DNA of 64,000 bases from the human T2T-CHM13v2.0 reference genome, Homo sapiens, in NCBI RefSeq assembly GCF_009914755.1, contig NC_060931.1; one strand, 5' to 3'. Made by a program: the position numbers and the translations under genes. Below are positions 16,776-35,700 of the stretch, in pieces. The first letter of the stretch is position 1. Every line of letters starts with the position of its first letter. The notes under the pieces are model-generated. The model saw nothing but the letters and a program-made list of their open reading frames with translations, had not been told where the DNA came from and searched no databases.

Positions 16776-17708
16776 TCTCATCACTGTGCTACTTGACGTA
16801 ACAGGAATTAATGATGCTTTGTTGGACCTGAATTATTTTTCCAATCTGATGTCATTCCACTCATGATCAAATTCCCTGAAGAGTCTGACTGGCTTGCCAT
16901 GGGTCTCAGATCTCACCTACCCAAGGCTCCTTGATTGACAGTTCCCTCAAGACTGCAGGCAGTGGAGTCAGGGTAGTTCCCCGAAAGGAAAAGCTGGCTG
17001 CTGTTTTCCAATGGCAGGGAAAGGGATGTTGGTCAGACCAAAACAGATGTCCACCACAATTACCAAAACTCGTCTGAGTCTGGCCATTGCTCAAAAGCAT
17101 CATGGGACAAATAGACAAATGAAAAATGCCCAGATGTTAAGTGGAAACTTGCCTCTCTTCAGTCACGAAATTGTCTTATATGGACCTTGAAGACGGCTCA
17201 TGAAATGTGAAGACTTTTGTAAAATGTGGGCATAGCCTCAAAGCTGCCATGGGGGAAGCCAGGCACTCTGGAAGGGAAGGTAGGAAAGAGAAGACACTGA
17301 GGAGCATGACTGGGTGCTGCGCTCAGCCAGCCTCTCACCCCCACCCACTCCGTGAGGACCACTTGGAGCACTGGTTGAAACCCCGGCAGAGCTTGGTGAC
17401 GGCATTTCTGCCACATACTGACACCATAACTAACTAAAGAATGTCCTTGGGCTAGAATTGAGAAGGCCTTAGAGATGCCCGGAAACAGCCTGCTGCTTGG
17501 ACAAATGAGAAACCTGATGGTCAAAACCCCAAATCACAATTTATCCCTGGGCACCTGGTGGATTCTTCCATTTCCTGGAGACCGGTAAATTGATTTCAGG
17601 GGTATAATTCATGTGCACTTGAGTGGTTTCAACTCCTTATCTAATGATTTTAAGTTTTTGTTTAAATATTTTTTTCCAGAATGAAATAAAAAATACCTCT
17701 TCTCTCTC

Positions 17709-17710
<2 letters not shown>

Positions 17711-17740
<30 letters not shown>
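17711..17740. repeat. (CA)n microsatellite abutting the Hsmar2 left end; another (CA)n lies at 52717-52758
   Basis: Read directly from the sequence. Confidence 0.95.
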
Positions 17741-20090
<2,350 letters not shown>

Positions 20091-22032
20091 TGCCTAACTG
20101 GTTTAATTTTATAATCCCTTTCTCCCGAGGGAAAAAAAAAAAGAAAATTCAGATTTTTCAAATTTCAGACAAGTGCTCTTTACTGCTTTTACTGAGATTT
20201 TTCCTTGCCAATCATTTCCTGGAATTTCTCCATTGATGCCTTTCATTGCTAGTCTCAGCTTTTTGCTGAAGGTTGATTATGTGACTAAAAGTTGGTTGCA
20301 AAAAATGTCCCTACATATCACATTTTCCCAAAGTTCTGCTCTTTTTCCAATTCAACCTTCATGGTTTTACTTTTCCCTGCAATATAAGTAATCTCTCAGC
20401 TGCTAATTCACAAAACCTCAGAGTTGGTGACTTCTCTCCCCATCTAGTCATTCTCTGAACTGACCAAAGTAGGAAGGTTTCAAGTGTCATCTTATGAAGA
20501 CCCACTTTTCCCAAAGGACACTGTACAGGTGAGACAAGAGGATGTATTCTAGTCGAGGCAAGGCTTCTGCAGCAGTCAGCAAAGCAGCAGAGTGGTTTAG
20601 CACTAGCCAAACGGATGATAGTGCTATATCTACCTACGTAGACAAAGTCACACCTGGAAAGAGGCAGAAATAGAATAACCCCTGGGCATTATTTATTTTA
20701 GAATAGGAAGAAAGAAATTGAGGAAGACTGGGCCTTACCTGATATGCCTGGCAATTAATGAGCAGAGAGCAGTGCTGGTTACCATATTAGCTGAGAGATA
20801 AAATGTGTAAGGGAATGAAAGGAGGCAAATCTACTCCCAACAATGGTCACCAATCAGATTTCCCAGAGTCCAAGCTCTCTGGACATTCAAGGAGAATTTT
20901 CTAAAGCTTTCCCTAAGTTGCTAAACCATTGTCCCCCAATAACAAATAATTTATATCAACCTAGAGAATAATTGGGCCTTGTATCAAGACACGGTGAGGC
21001 AGAGCACTTGTAAATGATGAATGAGCAGCAGGGCCAGTCACGCTGATATAAACTCAAACCATGGTGGCCACCGTCCATTAGGAAGTTCCAAGTGGAATCC
21101 ATCCATAATGGGATTTTATACTCATAGTTGTGCCCAACCTTGCCACGGCAGAATCCCCATTTGTGTGCCCAGAAGTGCAATCAAAGAGTCATTTCTGCAC
21201 TATGATTCTGTCTTGATTTTCTTAGCTATGCGTGACCTTGAGCCTGGGCACTTCCCTTCTTCATATCAGGACATTAAAGGGAAACAAGAAAACATATTTT
21301 CTTTTTTCATATTAGGATCTCACAATTTTTACTGCTTCCTTTTTAACTTTTTAATACAATACATTCATGTAATGCCAAAATTAAGATAATGTTTGGGAAA
21401 AACCCAAATACCCAATTTACCAAATCACTCTAAAAGCTGGCTGATCAATATGTCCCCCTTTTGTTTCTGCAAAATTAGATTCATGATGTATATGTGATCT
21501 GTTCATCTGCTGCTTTCATTTATGATTATGGCAGGTATTTTCTCCTATAAGTTTCATAATCACAATTTTTTACAAAGGGTATATCAGCGTATTGTTGGCC
21601 CTAATTTAGTAAATCATTTCCCTATTGTTCATCCAGGCTGAAAGAGTCTTTATCAGCACAAGACCAAAGAAGCTTCCATTTGCTATTAAGTTTTGAGTTG
21701 GGAACTCTATTCGGAGAACAATTGCTCTGAAAGCTCTACGTGACTCCTTCGGATGCAAGAGTGAGGCCAGCTCAGCTGGGATAAGCTCCTACTACAGAAA
21801 AGTAGGGGGAAAATTTCAGAATCTGGTGGTTCATCATAGAGCCAGCACTAGCATGAAAGGATGAGGCTGCCACCTCAGGGACAAAATGAAAAACAAAACA
21901 AGAAAGCCACATCAAAGAACGAAAATTTTACCCATAATTAGTTGTGTTGAATATTGCTTGTTTTTCCCCTTTTGGTTACTGGTGTACAAACTTTTAACAT
22001 GAACAACAACAAAAAAAAACTTTAATCATTAC

Positions 22033-22315
22033 TTTTTTTTTTTTTTTTTTGAGGCAGGGTCTCATTCAGTCACCAAATCTGATCGCAGCTCACTGCGGCC
22101 TCAACCTCCCAGACTCATGTGATCTTCCTACCTCAGCCTCCTGAGTAGCTGGTATTACAGGCTCACACCACCATGCCCAGCTAATCTTTGTATTTTGGGT
22201 GGAGATCAGGTTTTGCCATGTTGCCCGGGCTAGTCTCGAACTCCTGGGCTCAAGCAATCTTCTTGCCTCGGCCTCCCAAAGTGCTGGGATTATGGGTGTG
22301 AGCCACCGCACCCAC
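22033..22315 (-). mobile_element. AluJ
   Basis: Antisense Alu after polyT. Confidence 0.9.
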
Positions 22316-22429
22316 ATAATGATTATGTTACTTTTTTTGCTGTTCTTTTTTTCATTGGCAAAAGGAATAAATGCACAAGATTTTTTTAAATCCAGACACA
22401 GTATATTGTCTCAGATCTTGACCTCTATC

Positions 22430-23960
<1,531 letters not shown>

Positions 23961-24265
23961 TATAAGGGGATGCCTATATATGTATGAGCTAGTATTTGAT
24001 ATGAGTACAAAACATTTTTCAAAGAATAGCCAAGAAAGTGGTATCAGTGAGTGTCTCTAAGGAATAAAACCTAGAAAGGATGAGAAGGAGCTTGTTTTTT
24101 ACCATATGCCTTTTGTGTGGTTGGAACTAGCCATGTGCTCCCAAAACGCATGCCTTAAAATGTTTTCGTAGCGCAGGTAAGACTTTTCTAACAGACAAAT
24201 TTATTTTCATAAAATCCTAGATTAAACCAGAAGATTAACTTTTAGTTCAAGATAGATGGATCTAG

Positions 24266-24666
<401 letters not shown>

Positions 24667-25204
24667 TTAAGAGTTTTTGTTGTGGTTGTTTTAGACTTGA
24701 TGGCTTTGAAATGGTGTAACTATGTCTACTCATCAATCAACTTTACTGGTCAGTGTTTTTCAAGCCCTGTGCCCAGATAACAATTCACGTCACTGAGCAA
24801 GGTGAATTCAGGTTGGGATGTAACCCAGGACCAACCTCACTTTTTTGAGGGCTTACAGTGACCCAGTCAAATAGGGCAACACTGACTCAAAAAGTTTGGG
24901 ACAGGCTAGGCCAGCAGGAAGGAGAGTGAGAACCTTATCTGGGGTCTGTTCTGCTTGCTCCTGCTGGCTCCTCTGGTCACAGTGACCACCATCAGTGACA
25001 ACACGGTTCCACTCCAAACCTTTCTCATCTCACTTGTTCTCCTCCTCTTATTTCTACTTCTAATATAGAGAGAGAAGCTTGGGCAATTCTGGTGAGTGGC
25101 AGGAGGAAAAGCGACAAGGGCATGTGGTGTTAGCAACAGAAAATTCTACAGCTAATAGCAATAACATTTTACCCTAAAATCACACGAAACTAAACTATAT
25201 TGAT

Positions 25205-25385
25205 CAGTTCCCAAACCCTCGTCCACTAACTAGGCTGCTACACCTAAATCGCTAGGGAGCATCTTTAAATGCAAGAATTCTCGGGTTGTACTCTGCTTCA
25301 CTGGATCTGGGGAAGGACGTGGAAATCTATATTTTTAAGACATTCCCCAGGTAACTCTGATGGGCAGCCAGGCTTGGCAAACATG
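25205..25385. mobile_element. MER5-like hAT MITE (similar copies near 11460-11600 and 29545-29710)
   Basis: AATCTATATTTTTAAGACATTCCCCAGGTAACTCTGATGGGCAGCCAGG. Confidence 0.6.
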
Positions 25386-27397
25386 GACATAAATTATTCA
25401 GTTACACCCAAATAATTGTGGCCCATATAACAGTCTAATAAATTTGGATGTGACCCCTTGGGGGAAAAATATCCCAGGAAAAATTGCTATCATAAAGGAA
25501 TTAAATTAATCCTCAAGGGTGTGTAAATTAATCCCAGTAAACACATTATAGTCACTGCATTAAGTAAAAAATTTTGTCTGCCTACTCAATAATGAAATAA
25601 GCAGAGAGAGGACATTTTAAAGCCTGCAGGAGATATTATAATTCAAACACTAACCTAGAGCTGATAAATATTTTATAGACAATTTTATTTCATTCTACTT
25701 GAGAATGAATAAGGGCGTACGTTTCTATTTGGCAACATCAGGGTTTTTGAATTGAATTGGAAGCTTATAGTGTTGGTGAAACTCGTGAATTTCTCCCTCA
25801 AGATGAGTATTGGCAACTTCATAACTAAAAGACACCAGGTCATTTTTTCTCCTCACTGTAAGCCACTTCACGTGACTTGGTCTTTTGACTCTGCTCTGAA
25901 GTACAGTGCTGCGAACTGTCTTTTGTAGAGTCCTGTAAAATGTACTTGTTCTCTAGAAACGGACAGATCTATAGATGTCTGGTCCTGGTCCTCCTTAATT
26001 TCCTCCTGCTGAGAACCTTGCAAAACCTCACTACAAAGTAAGCCAAAGAAAGTTGGAAAAGTAAGTTCTTTTCATTCGTCAACTTACAGGACCACAACAA
26101 AAAGTCTCTGCAGGCAGTAGGGGAGTTTATGGTAAACACCCATGGGCAGTGAAAGTTTGTCATGGGTTTGTTTTCTCATCCTAAATTGAGTAAGATGTTT
26201 TGTAAAGGATAAAATCATACAAGCCAAGAAAGCCTTCAGGGTTTGACAAACATACGGAGAGATTCTTTTAATACAAATAGGGAATCTGGACTGTGAAAAT
26301 TAGGTGTTCTCTGTTCTCAAAAGTGGGAGGACAAGTCTGCCCAACTTCATGTGAAAATGTACTAGAGAAACGGGAGTTGACCAGAGAAACTGGTTGTCAG
26401 AGTTTAAACTGAGATTTTTCTTCTAAGAGAAATGGTAACTTTTTAAAAAGATTCTTTCACCCATTTGCAGACCCACTTCATGGCAGGATGCTTACCTTGG
26501 ATGCTTACATTTGGTGTCAAGATGAAGGGGGGGCCTTTCCTGGATGTCACTGGGATGCCACAGCAGGCCTGTAGAAGTCACATTGCAGGAAAGACGTTGG
26601 GCTTCCCAGGAGGAAAAGGGAAAGGGCTGGGGATGAAAGATCAAGCTCCCAGACCATGAGGTTGAGACCTCTGAAAGCCGCCCTTTTGGAAACAATGTCC
26701 CCAGAAGACAGAAAACTAAGGTAGAGGAAATTCAAAAGTTGCATGCTTTATTTCAAGACCGAAAGTGAAGACTGCCACACAGGGATGTGTCACGCAAATG
26801 CCCCCAGCCCAGCCTCCCAGGAACTGCCAACCTGCTTCTGAGCAGCTGTGATAATATTCAGTGCAGACTGTCAACTGCTGGCTGAGGGCATTTTGCTTGA
26901 AGAGGGTGTCCTTTTTGGGGATGGGAAGAGAACAGTGTCTAAGCAAAACATTTGAAGAGCAGTGATGCAGAGCCTCTGCCTCAGAGTACAGCCACAGTGG
27001 GGCAGTGATAGGGACAGCCACCAGAAGCCTCCAGACCCATTCACAACCAACCAGGAAGGGGTTGGGACTGAGGATGACAACCCCCCGCATCAGCATGTGT
27101 GCACATAAGAGGAGAGGACACCGGCCCCCAGTGGAAACTGCGGAGATTAGCATCCTAGTACCAACAGCTTTTTTATGATAATCTTGGCTTCCAATTGTCC
27201 CTCCTTTGGAGTGTGCGTGTGTTGAGGAGAAAGGGGTAGATATAGTTTGCTAATGAATTTCACATATTTCTGTATATGTGAAATGTGAAATCGAATATAA
27301 AGAATGCATGATTCTTTGAAAATTATTTAAGAATTCATATATGAGAATTATGAAAATTCAGAGCCTTCACTCTTCACTAGGCAAGAAAAATTACATC

Positions 27398-28514
27398 AGC
27401 TGGGCATGGTGGCTCGAGACTGTACTCTCAGATACTCAGGAGGCTGAGGCAGAAGAATCGCTTGAGCCCAAGAATTCAAGACCAGCCTGGGCAACATAGT
27501 GAGACCCTGTCTCTAAAAAAATAATAATAACAAATAAAAATAAAATTAGCCAGGCATGGTAGGTAGCGCACAACTGTAGTCTCAGCTACTCAGAAGGCTG
27601 AGGTGGGAGGTTTGCGTGAGTCCAGGAGATCACAGCTGCAGTGAAGTATAATCATGACGCTGCACTCCAACCTGGGCAACAGAGCAAGACCCCATCTCGA
27701 AAGAAAAAGAGAGTACCTCAAGCTAGTCAATGCAAACTCCTTTTGTTGTTGTTGTTGTTGTTGAGACAGGTCTCACTCTGTCATCCAGGCTGGAGTGCAA
27801 TGGCTCGATCACAGCTCATTGTAGCCTCAACTTCCTGGGCTCAGCTTCCTGAAGTAGCTGGCACTACGGGCACCTACCACCATGTCTGATTTACTTTTTG
27901 TAGTTTTTGTAGAGTTTCACCACGCTACCCAGGCTGGTCTCAAACTCTAGGGCTCAAGAAATCTGTCCACCTTGGCCTCCCAAAGTGCTGGGATTACAGG
28001 CGTGAGCCACCACACCCAGCTTGGCAATGCAAACTTCTACCTCCTTTTCATGTATACAGGTTTTTCCTGCAGTTACTAGAAGCAAAATATTGACCCTGAC
28101 CTCCAAGAGTTTTATTTTAGATGAGATGACAAAATGCCCATGTAATGATTAAAAATCAGTATAAAGCAGAATGTAACCAGAACCTAAATGGGGCAGGTGT
28201 GGATTAAAGCCATAACAGTAATCTAGAGAAAGAAAACATCTCTGGAAGCTAAAGCTACTGCTGCAGTGAAAGATTTCATAGAAATGGGACTTCAGTTGAG
28301 CTCTGAAAATAATTTAGTTAAATGTATATGGGAACTATGGCTGGGTACAGTAGTTTATGCCTGTAATCCCAGGAATGTGGGAGGCAGAGGCTGAGGTGGG
28401 AGGATTGCTTGAGCCTGGGAGGTCAAGGCTGCAGTGAGCTGTGATCACACCACTGCACTCCAGCTTGGGTGACAGAGTGAGACCCTGTCTCAAATAAATA
28501 AATAAATAAATAAA
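27398..28514. mobile_element. AluJ (+, 27398-27710), AluJ (-, 27742-28022) and a deleted Alu (+, 28339-28514)
   Basis: Canonical Alu motifs; the second has TSD CAATGCAAACT. Confidence 0.9.
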
Positions 28515-28616
28515 ATGAATATGAGAATGAGATGGAAGTTTATCCGAGAAGAAGTAACAGCAAAAGTTCAGCAGTCAGAACAAGAGGGACTGTGTGCAGG
28601 ACCAGATGTCTGCCTG

Positions 28617-28686
28617 GTGCTGTCCACCTTCCATGCGATGGGTAGGAGCGTGCTGTCCACCTTCCATGCGATGGGTAGGAGCGTGC
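28617..28686. repeat. Perfect 33-bp tandem duplication
   Basis: GTGCTGTCCACCTTCCATGCGATGGGTAGGAGC x2 plus GTGC. Confidence 0.97.
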
Positions 28687-29103
28687 CCCATGTTGCCTGC
28701 TCACTATATGCCAGCGCCTGTGCCAGACACACTCACTTATTACCCTGTTACATCCTCACAGAAGCCTTTCCACACCAGAAGGGAAGGAAGGGCTCAGAAG
28801 GGTTCAGTAATTTGTCCAAGGTTGCATGTTAGTAAGTGGCAGAGCTGGGACTCTAACTGAAGTCACCCAAGTCCAGAGCCTATGCTGTTAACTCCAACAC
28901 TTTTATATGAATCCATGGTTGGGTGGCCAGTTGGCAGCAGTGAGCAGCATAAAGCTTAAAGATAGGTGTTTTTGGCCAGAACAATGTGTAGAAAAGCAGA
29001 TTGACTTGGCTGGGATAGGCTGGCTGCCCGATCAGCTTAATTCCTGTTTCCCACCCTCCCAGTTTCACATGCTCATGCTACCTGTCCAAGAAATCCTGCC
29101 TAA

Positions 29104-29452
<349 letters not shown>

Positions 29453-30199
29453 AGAGCCCAATCTTGAGATCCTTCTAAAAAAGGAATTTGAAAGCAAAGA
29501 CAAAGAAAGGAAAGAGTTAAAGACTTAAGTCTATAAGGTTTTTCACAGTGAATTCTCCAGCATCAGAAATCCCTTGGGCAGGTTGGGGGTAGGGTGGCAC
29601 GGAGCACTGGTTAAAAATGCAGAGCCCTGGGCCCAGGGCACTCCCACCGAGTCTAGGGGATGGCCAAGGAGCCTAAATTTGCTAGCAGGCTCCACTAAAA
29701 TTTGAGAGCTATTGGATTGTACTTGTTCCAGAACAAAATCCCTCATACTCACCTAGTTTTCCCTTCTTGCAAATATAACTCTTAATCACATTTACTCTAA
29801 ATGAGAAATAGTGTTCACTGTCAGCCTGTCAAAATACTTCACGTATGTCTTAGGAAAACCTTTAATCACAACTTTCTTTTCTCTGAGTGCTTTTTTTCTA
29901 ATCTTTGAGCTTTGGAGCACCGAATTAAAGTCAGTCCTAAATCCTTTTCTAATCAACACTTACATCAAAAAGACTTCATTGCAATTCAATTTGAGCCATT
30001 TTCGCCATTCATGTTCAGCCTATTATTACCAAGGAGCTGGCCAATGGCACTGAGAATTTTTCACACTGACCAAAAACTGGGGTTCACTGAGTGCCAAGAC
30101 ATGTTTTGGGAGCCACAGGCAGTCACTCGGCTTCCTTTTCTTGCCTGTCTCCTGGGAAAGGTGGGTAAGAAAAATCCCCCTGAAGCCTCTGGGCAGTGA

Positions 30200-30850
30200 G
30201 GAGTACTTTGCCCTTGCCCCTGACTTTGGGAAGAGCTTTCCCCATTCCAGGCCTTTTCCTCTGAAGTTCAGAATGCCTGAATGACCTTCCCCTCCTGCCA
30301 CTCCCCCAGAAACTCCTAATCATCCTTCAAGTTTTGGCTCAGAAGTAGTGAAAATAATAATCATAAATCACATTTCCCTATTCAACTCTGTCTTAGCTTA
30401 CTATATAATTTCCCTTTGTAGTTCTCATCAAAGTCTTTCATGATCTAATTGTGTCATTATTTGATGAGCACCTATCTATCCCACTGAAAACTACATGAGT
30501 GCTGAGACCATTTGCTTTGCTCAGACTTGTATTTATGCCTATTACCATGTCTGGCACACAGAAGGTACTCAGTATTATTGGATGAATTCAGAGGTTTATG
30601 TTTACTGAGCACTTAACAATACGTCAGGTACTGCTATGTGCTCCTGACACATGATGTATTTTAATTTTCCCAACAACCTTCTGAGGTAGGCACTATTATT
30701 ACCCCTGTGGGATAGGTAAGGATGTCAAGGCTCATCGAGGTCTCAGGGATTTGTCAGGGTCACACAGCTAATGAGTGTGGGTGCTTGGATTCAAATATGA
30801 GTTTGTCTACCTCTAGATCTCAGCTCTCACCCATGATGTTATACACCTAC
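30200..30850. mobile_element. L2 fragment followed by MIR
   Basis: TGTCTGGCACACAGAAGGTACTCAGTA (L2 end); CAACCTTCTGAGGTAGGCACTATTATT...GGTCACACAGCTA (MIR). Confidence 0.6.
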
Positions 30851-31139
30851 TGTTTGACATAGTCAGCTTCCATAACTGTTACCTTCTTGGACACCCTCTT
30901 CCTAGAATTAATTGTTTCCTTCACTGTTTTTTTCTCATAACATTTCAAATATTCTTCCATTGCCACACTATTACATTGCATCAGGATTTAAATATGTGTC
31001 TGGGAGCTCCATGAGTGCATGGACCATGTTTTATTAAGCCAGCGGGCCAATTCTAACCACACAGTCCATATGCAGGTGCGATTACAGTACGGGATAAGTG
31101 CTTGATTAACCCAGCATCAGTCCCTCTTGATCCATCACT

Positions 31140-32370
<1,231 letters not shown>

Positions 32371-32371
32371 T

Positions 32372-34756
32372 TTCTTCTGCAGATAACTACTCTCCTTTTG
32401 AGTGACAGCTCTTGGCCTGTTACTGGGCCTTGGTGGAAACTGAACATTGGCTATGGGTCATCAAGTCACCATGTAAACCTGAACTGCCTGTCATGAACTG
32501 GGTGCTTTCTGACCCATCTAGCCATAAAGTGGGTGGTGCACAGCAGCATTCCATCAACAAATGGAAGTGGTATATACGTAATCGGGCTCGAGCAGGTCCT
32601 GAAGGCACAAGTAAGTTACATAAGGAAGTGGCTCAAATGCTCATGGTCTCCACTCCTGCCACCCTGCCTTCTCTCCCTCAGCGTGCACCAATGGCCTCAT
32701 GGGGAATTCCCTATGATCAGTTGACAGAGGAAGAGAAGACTAGGGCCTGGTTCACAGATGGTTCTGCATGATATGCAAGCACCACCTGAAAGGGGACAGC
32801 TGCAGCACTACAACCCCTTTCTAGGACATCCCTGAAGGACAGCGGTGAAGGGAAATCTTCCCAGTGGGCAGAATTTTGAGCAGTGCACCTGACTGTGCAC
32901 TTTGCATGGAAGGAGAAATGACCAGATGTGTGATTTATATACTGATTCATGGGCTGTAGCCAATGGTTTGGCTGGATGGTCATGGACTTGGAAGAAACAT
33001 GATTGGAAAGTTGGTGACAAAGAAATTTGCGGAAGAGGTGTGGATGGACTTATCAAGTGGTCAAAAACTGTGAAGATATTTGTATCCCATGTAAGTGCCC
33101 ACCAACGGGTGACCTCAGCAGAGGAGGATTTTAATAATCAAGTGAATTGATGACTGTTCTGTGAACACCATTCAGCCGCTTTCCCCAGCCACCCCTGTCA
33201 TCGCCCAATGGGCCCATGAACAAAGTGGCCATGGTGGCAGGGATGGAGGTTAAGCATGGGCTCAGCAACATGGACTTCCACTTACCAAGACTGATCTGGC
33301 TACGCCCACTGCTGACTGCCCAATTTGCCAGCAGCAGAGACCAACACTGAGCCCTCAATATGGCACCATTCCTCGGGGTAATCAGCCAGCTACCTGGTGG
33401 CAGGTTAATTGTATTGGACCTCTTCCATCATGGAAAGGGCAGAGGTTTGTCTTCACTGGAATAGACACTTACCCCAGATGTGGGTTTGCCTATTCTGCAC
33501 GCAATGCTTCTGCCAAGACTACCTTCCATGGACTCACAGAATGCCTTATCCACCATCATGGTGTTCCACACAGCATTGCCTCTGACCAAGGCACTCACTT
33601 TATGGCTAAAGAAGTACAGCAACGTGCTCATGCTCGTGGAATTTACCGGTCTTACCATGTTCCCCGACATCCTGAAGCAGCTGGAATGATAGAACGATGG
33701 AATGGCCTTTTGAAGTCACAATTACAATGCCAACTACATGACAATACTTTGCAGGGCTGGGGCAAAGTTCTTCAGAAGGTCGTGTATGCCCTGAATCAAC
33801 GTCCAGTATACTGTACTGCTTCTCCCATAGCCAGGATTCATGGATCCAGGAATCAAGGGGTGGAAGTGGAAGTGGCACCACTCACCATTACCTCAAGTGA
33901 TCCACTAGCAAAATTTGTGCCTCCTGTTCCCACAACATGACATTCTGCTGGCCTAGAGGTCTTAGTTCCAGAGGGAGGAACGCTGCCACCAGGAGATACA
34001 ACAACGATTCCATTAAACTGGAAAGTTACAAGTGCCACCTGGACACTTTGGGATCCTCCTGTCTTTAAGTCAACAGGCTAAGGGAGTTAGTGTTGGCTGG
34101 GGTGATTGACCCCGATTATCAAGATGAAATCAGTCTACTACTCCACAGCAAAGGCAAGGAAGAGTATGCATGGAATACAGGAGATCCATTAGGATGTCTC
34201 TTAGTATTACCACGCCCTGTGATTAAGGTCAATGGGAAACTACAACAGCCCAAGCCAGGTAGGGCTACAAATGGCCTAGACCCTTCAGGAATGAAGGTTT
34301 GGTTCACTCCACCAGGAAAAAAAAAAAAAAACACGACCTGCCGAGATGCTTGCTGAAGGCAAAGGGAATACAGAATGAGTAGTAGAAGAAGGTAGTCATC
34401 AATACCAGCTATGACCACGTGATCAGCTGCAGGAACAAGGACTGTAATTGTCATGAGTATTTCCTCCTTCTTTTGTTAAAAACATGTTTGTGCATGTATA
34501 CACTTATACTAATTTTATTTCACTTTATTTCCTATTTTCTTTACCATGTGACGTAAGATTTGTTGACCTCATATCAGCATTTAAGTATTGTTAATTTTAT
34601 GTAATAATATTTGGGTTGATGATTGGTGTGTTTCTGGTTGTATGAAGGATAGTTGTATTATGTTAGGCATAACTATGACCTTATTATTGTCTTTATTTGA
34701 AGACTATGTATGATCTCAGGAGATGTGTGTGGGTTCAAGTTGACAAGGGGTGGACT
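32372..34756 (+). mobile_element. HERV-L internal region, 5'-deleted: RNase H, integrase, dUTPase and 3' noncoding (pseudogenised)
   Basis: AWFTDGSA and LYTDSWAVANGLAGWS (RNase H); WAHEQSGH...CPIC and SDQGTHF...PEAAGMIERWNG (integrase); VLAGVIDPDYQDEI (dUTPase after integrase, the ERV-L layout); PPT AAGGGGTGGACT. Multiple stops. Confidence 0.93.
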
Positions 34757-35153
34757 TGTGATGGTTAATACTGAGTGTCAACTTGATTGGATTGAAAGGA
34801 TACAAAGTATTGATCCTGGGTGTGTCTGTGAGGGTGTTGCCAAGGAGATTAACATTCGAGTCAGTGGGCTGGGAAAGGCAGACCCACCCTTAATCTGGGT
34901 GGGCACCATCTAATCAGCTGCCAGCACGGCTAGAATATAAAGTAGGCAGAAAAATATGAAAAGACTAGACTAGCCTAGCCTCCCGGACTACATCTTTCTC
35001 CCATGCTGGATGCTTCCTCCCCTCAAACATTGGACTTCAAGTTCTTCAGTTTTCGTACTCAGACTGGCTCTCCTTGCTCCTCAGCTTGCAGATGGCCTAT
35101 TGTGGGACCTTGTGGTCATGTGAGTTAATACTTAATAACTCATATATATATAT
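34757..35153 (+). mobile_element. MLT2A-type 3' LTR of HERV-L, 3'-truncated at a (TA)n run
   Basis: TGTGATGGTTAATACTGAGTGTCAACTTGATTGGATTG...GCACCATCTAATCAGCTGCCAGC directly after the PPT; the normal terminal ...CTAATACA is missing. Confidence 0.9.
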
Positions 35154-35154
35154 G

Positions 35155-35700
35155 AAGGGGATTTATTACTTCAGACAGGCAACAAGAGACAACAGAAAGA
35201 AGCCCAGGATTCATGGTGAGCTGGTTCCCCAGGGCTCAGGAAAGCTGCCCAGGTGGATGGAGTCTTCCACAAGTGCTTCACTTGCACAGCAGCTGAAGGT
35301 CACCCAAAAAGTGACCTACCTGGGTTTTATACCCCAGGGAACATGAGTTGCTGGGATAAAGCATTGAAGGACATCCTGTTTCTAGGGGGGAGCTGGAGAG
35401 AATTCAGGCTGTTCCAGTCAGTCCCTCCCTATCTTGGGATGTTGCACTCCCAGCACATTCTACAGTTATTCTTGAGAACTGCAAGCAAGAAAGAGGGAGA
35501 GAACTGGGCCAGTCCAAGGCCACCCAGAGAACTGTCCCGCAGGATGGTGAAAGGTCTGGAAACTCTGCCAGGGAGGAAGGGGTGCTGGTCTGGAAAAGTG
35601 CATGTGGGCCTTTTGGAGAGCCTGGTTCAGAAGCATGGCTACTGGTATTGCTTGGCTGAAGCACTGCTCTATGGGAAGTTCACCCTCTTTGAATAAGTGA
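35155..35700 (-). mobile_element. Probable old LTR fragment (unclassified)
   Basis: Reverse-oriented polyA-like ATTTATT and TATA-like GGGTTTTATACCCC in the LTR-typical order. Confidence 0.4.

Noticed and set aside
26716-27153. 145-aa minus-strand ORF; also 35253-35696 (147 aa)
   Set aside because: No recognisable domain or exon structure; the second overlaps a probable LTR.
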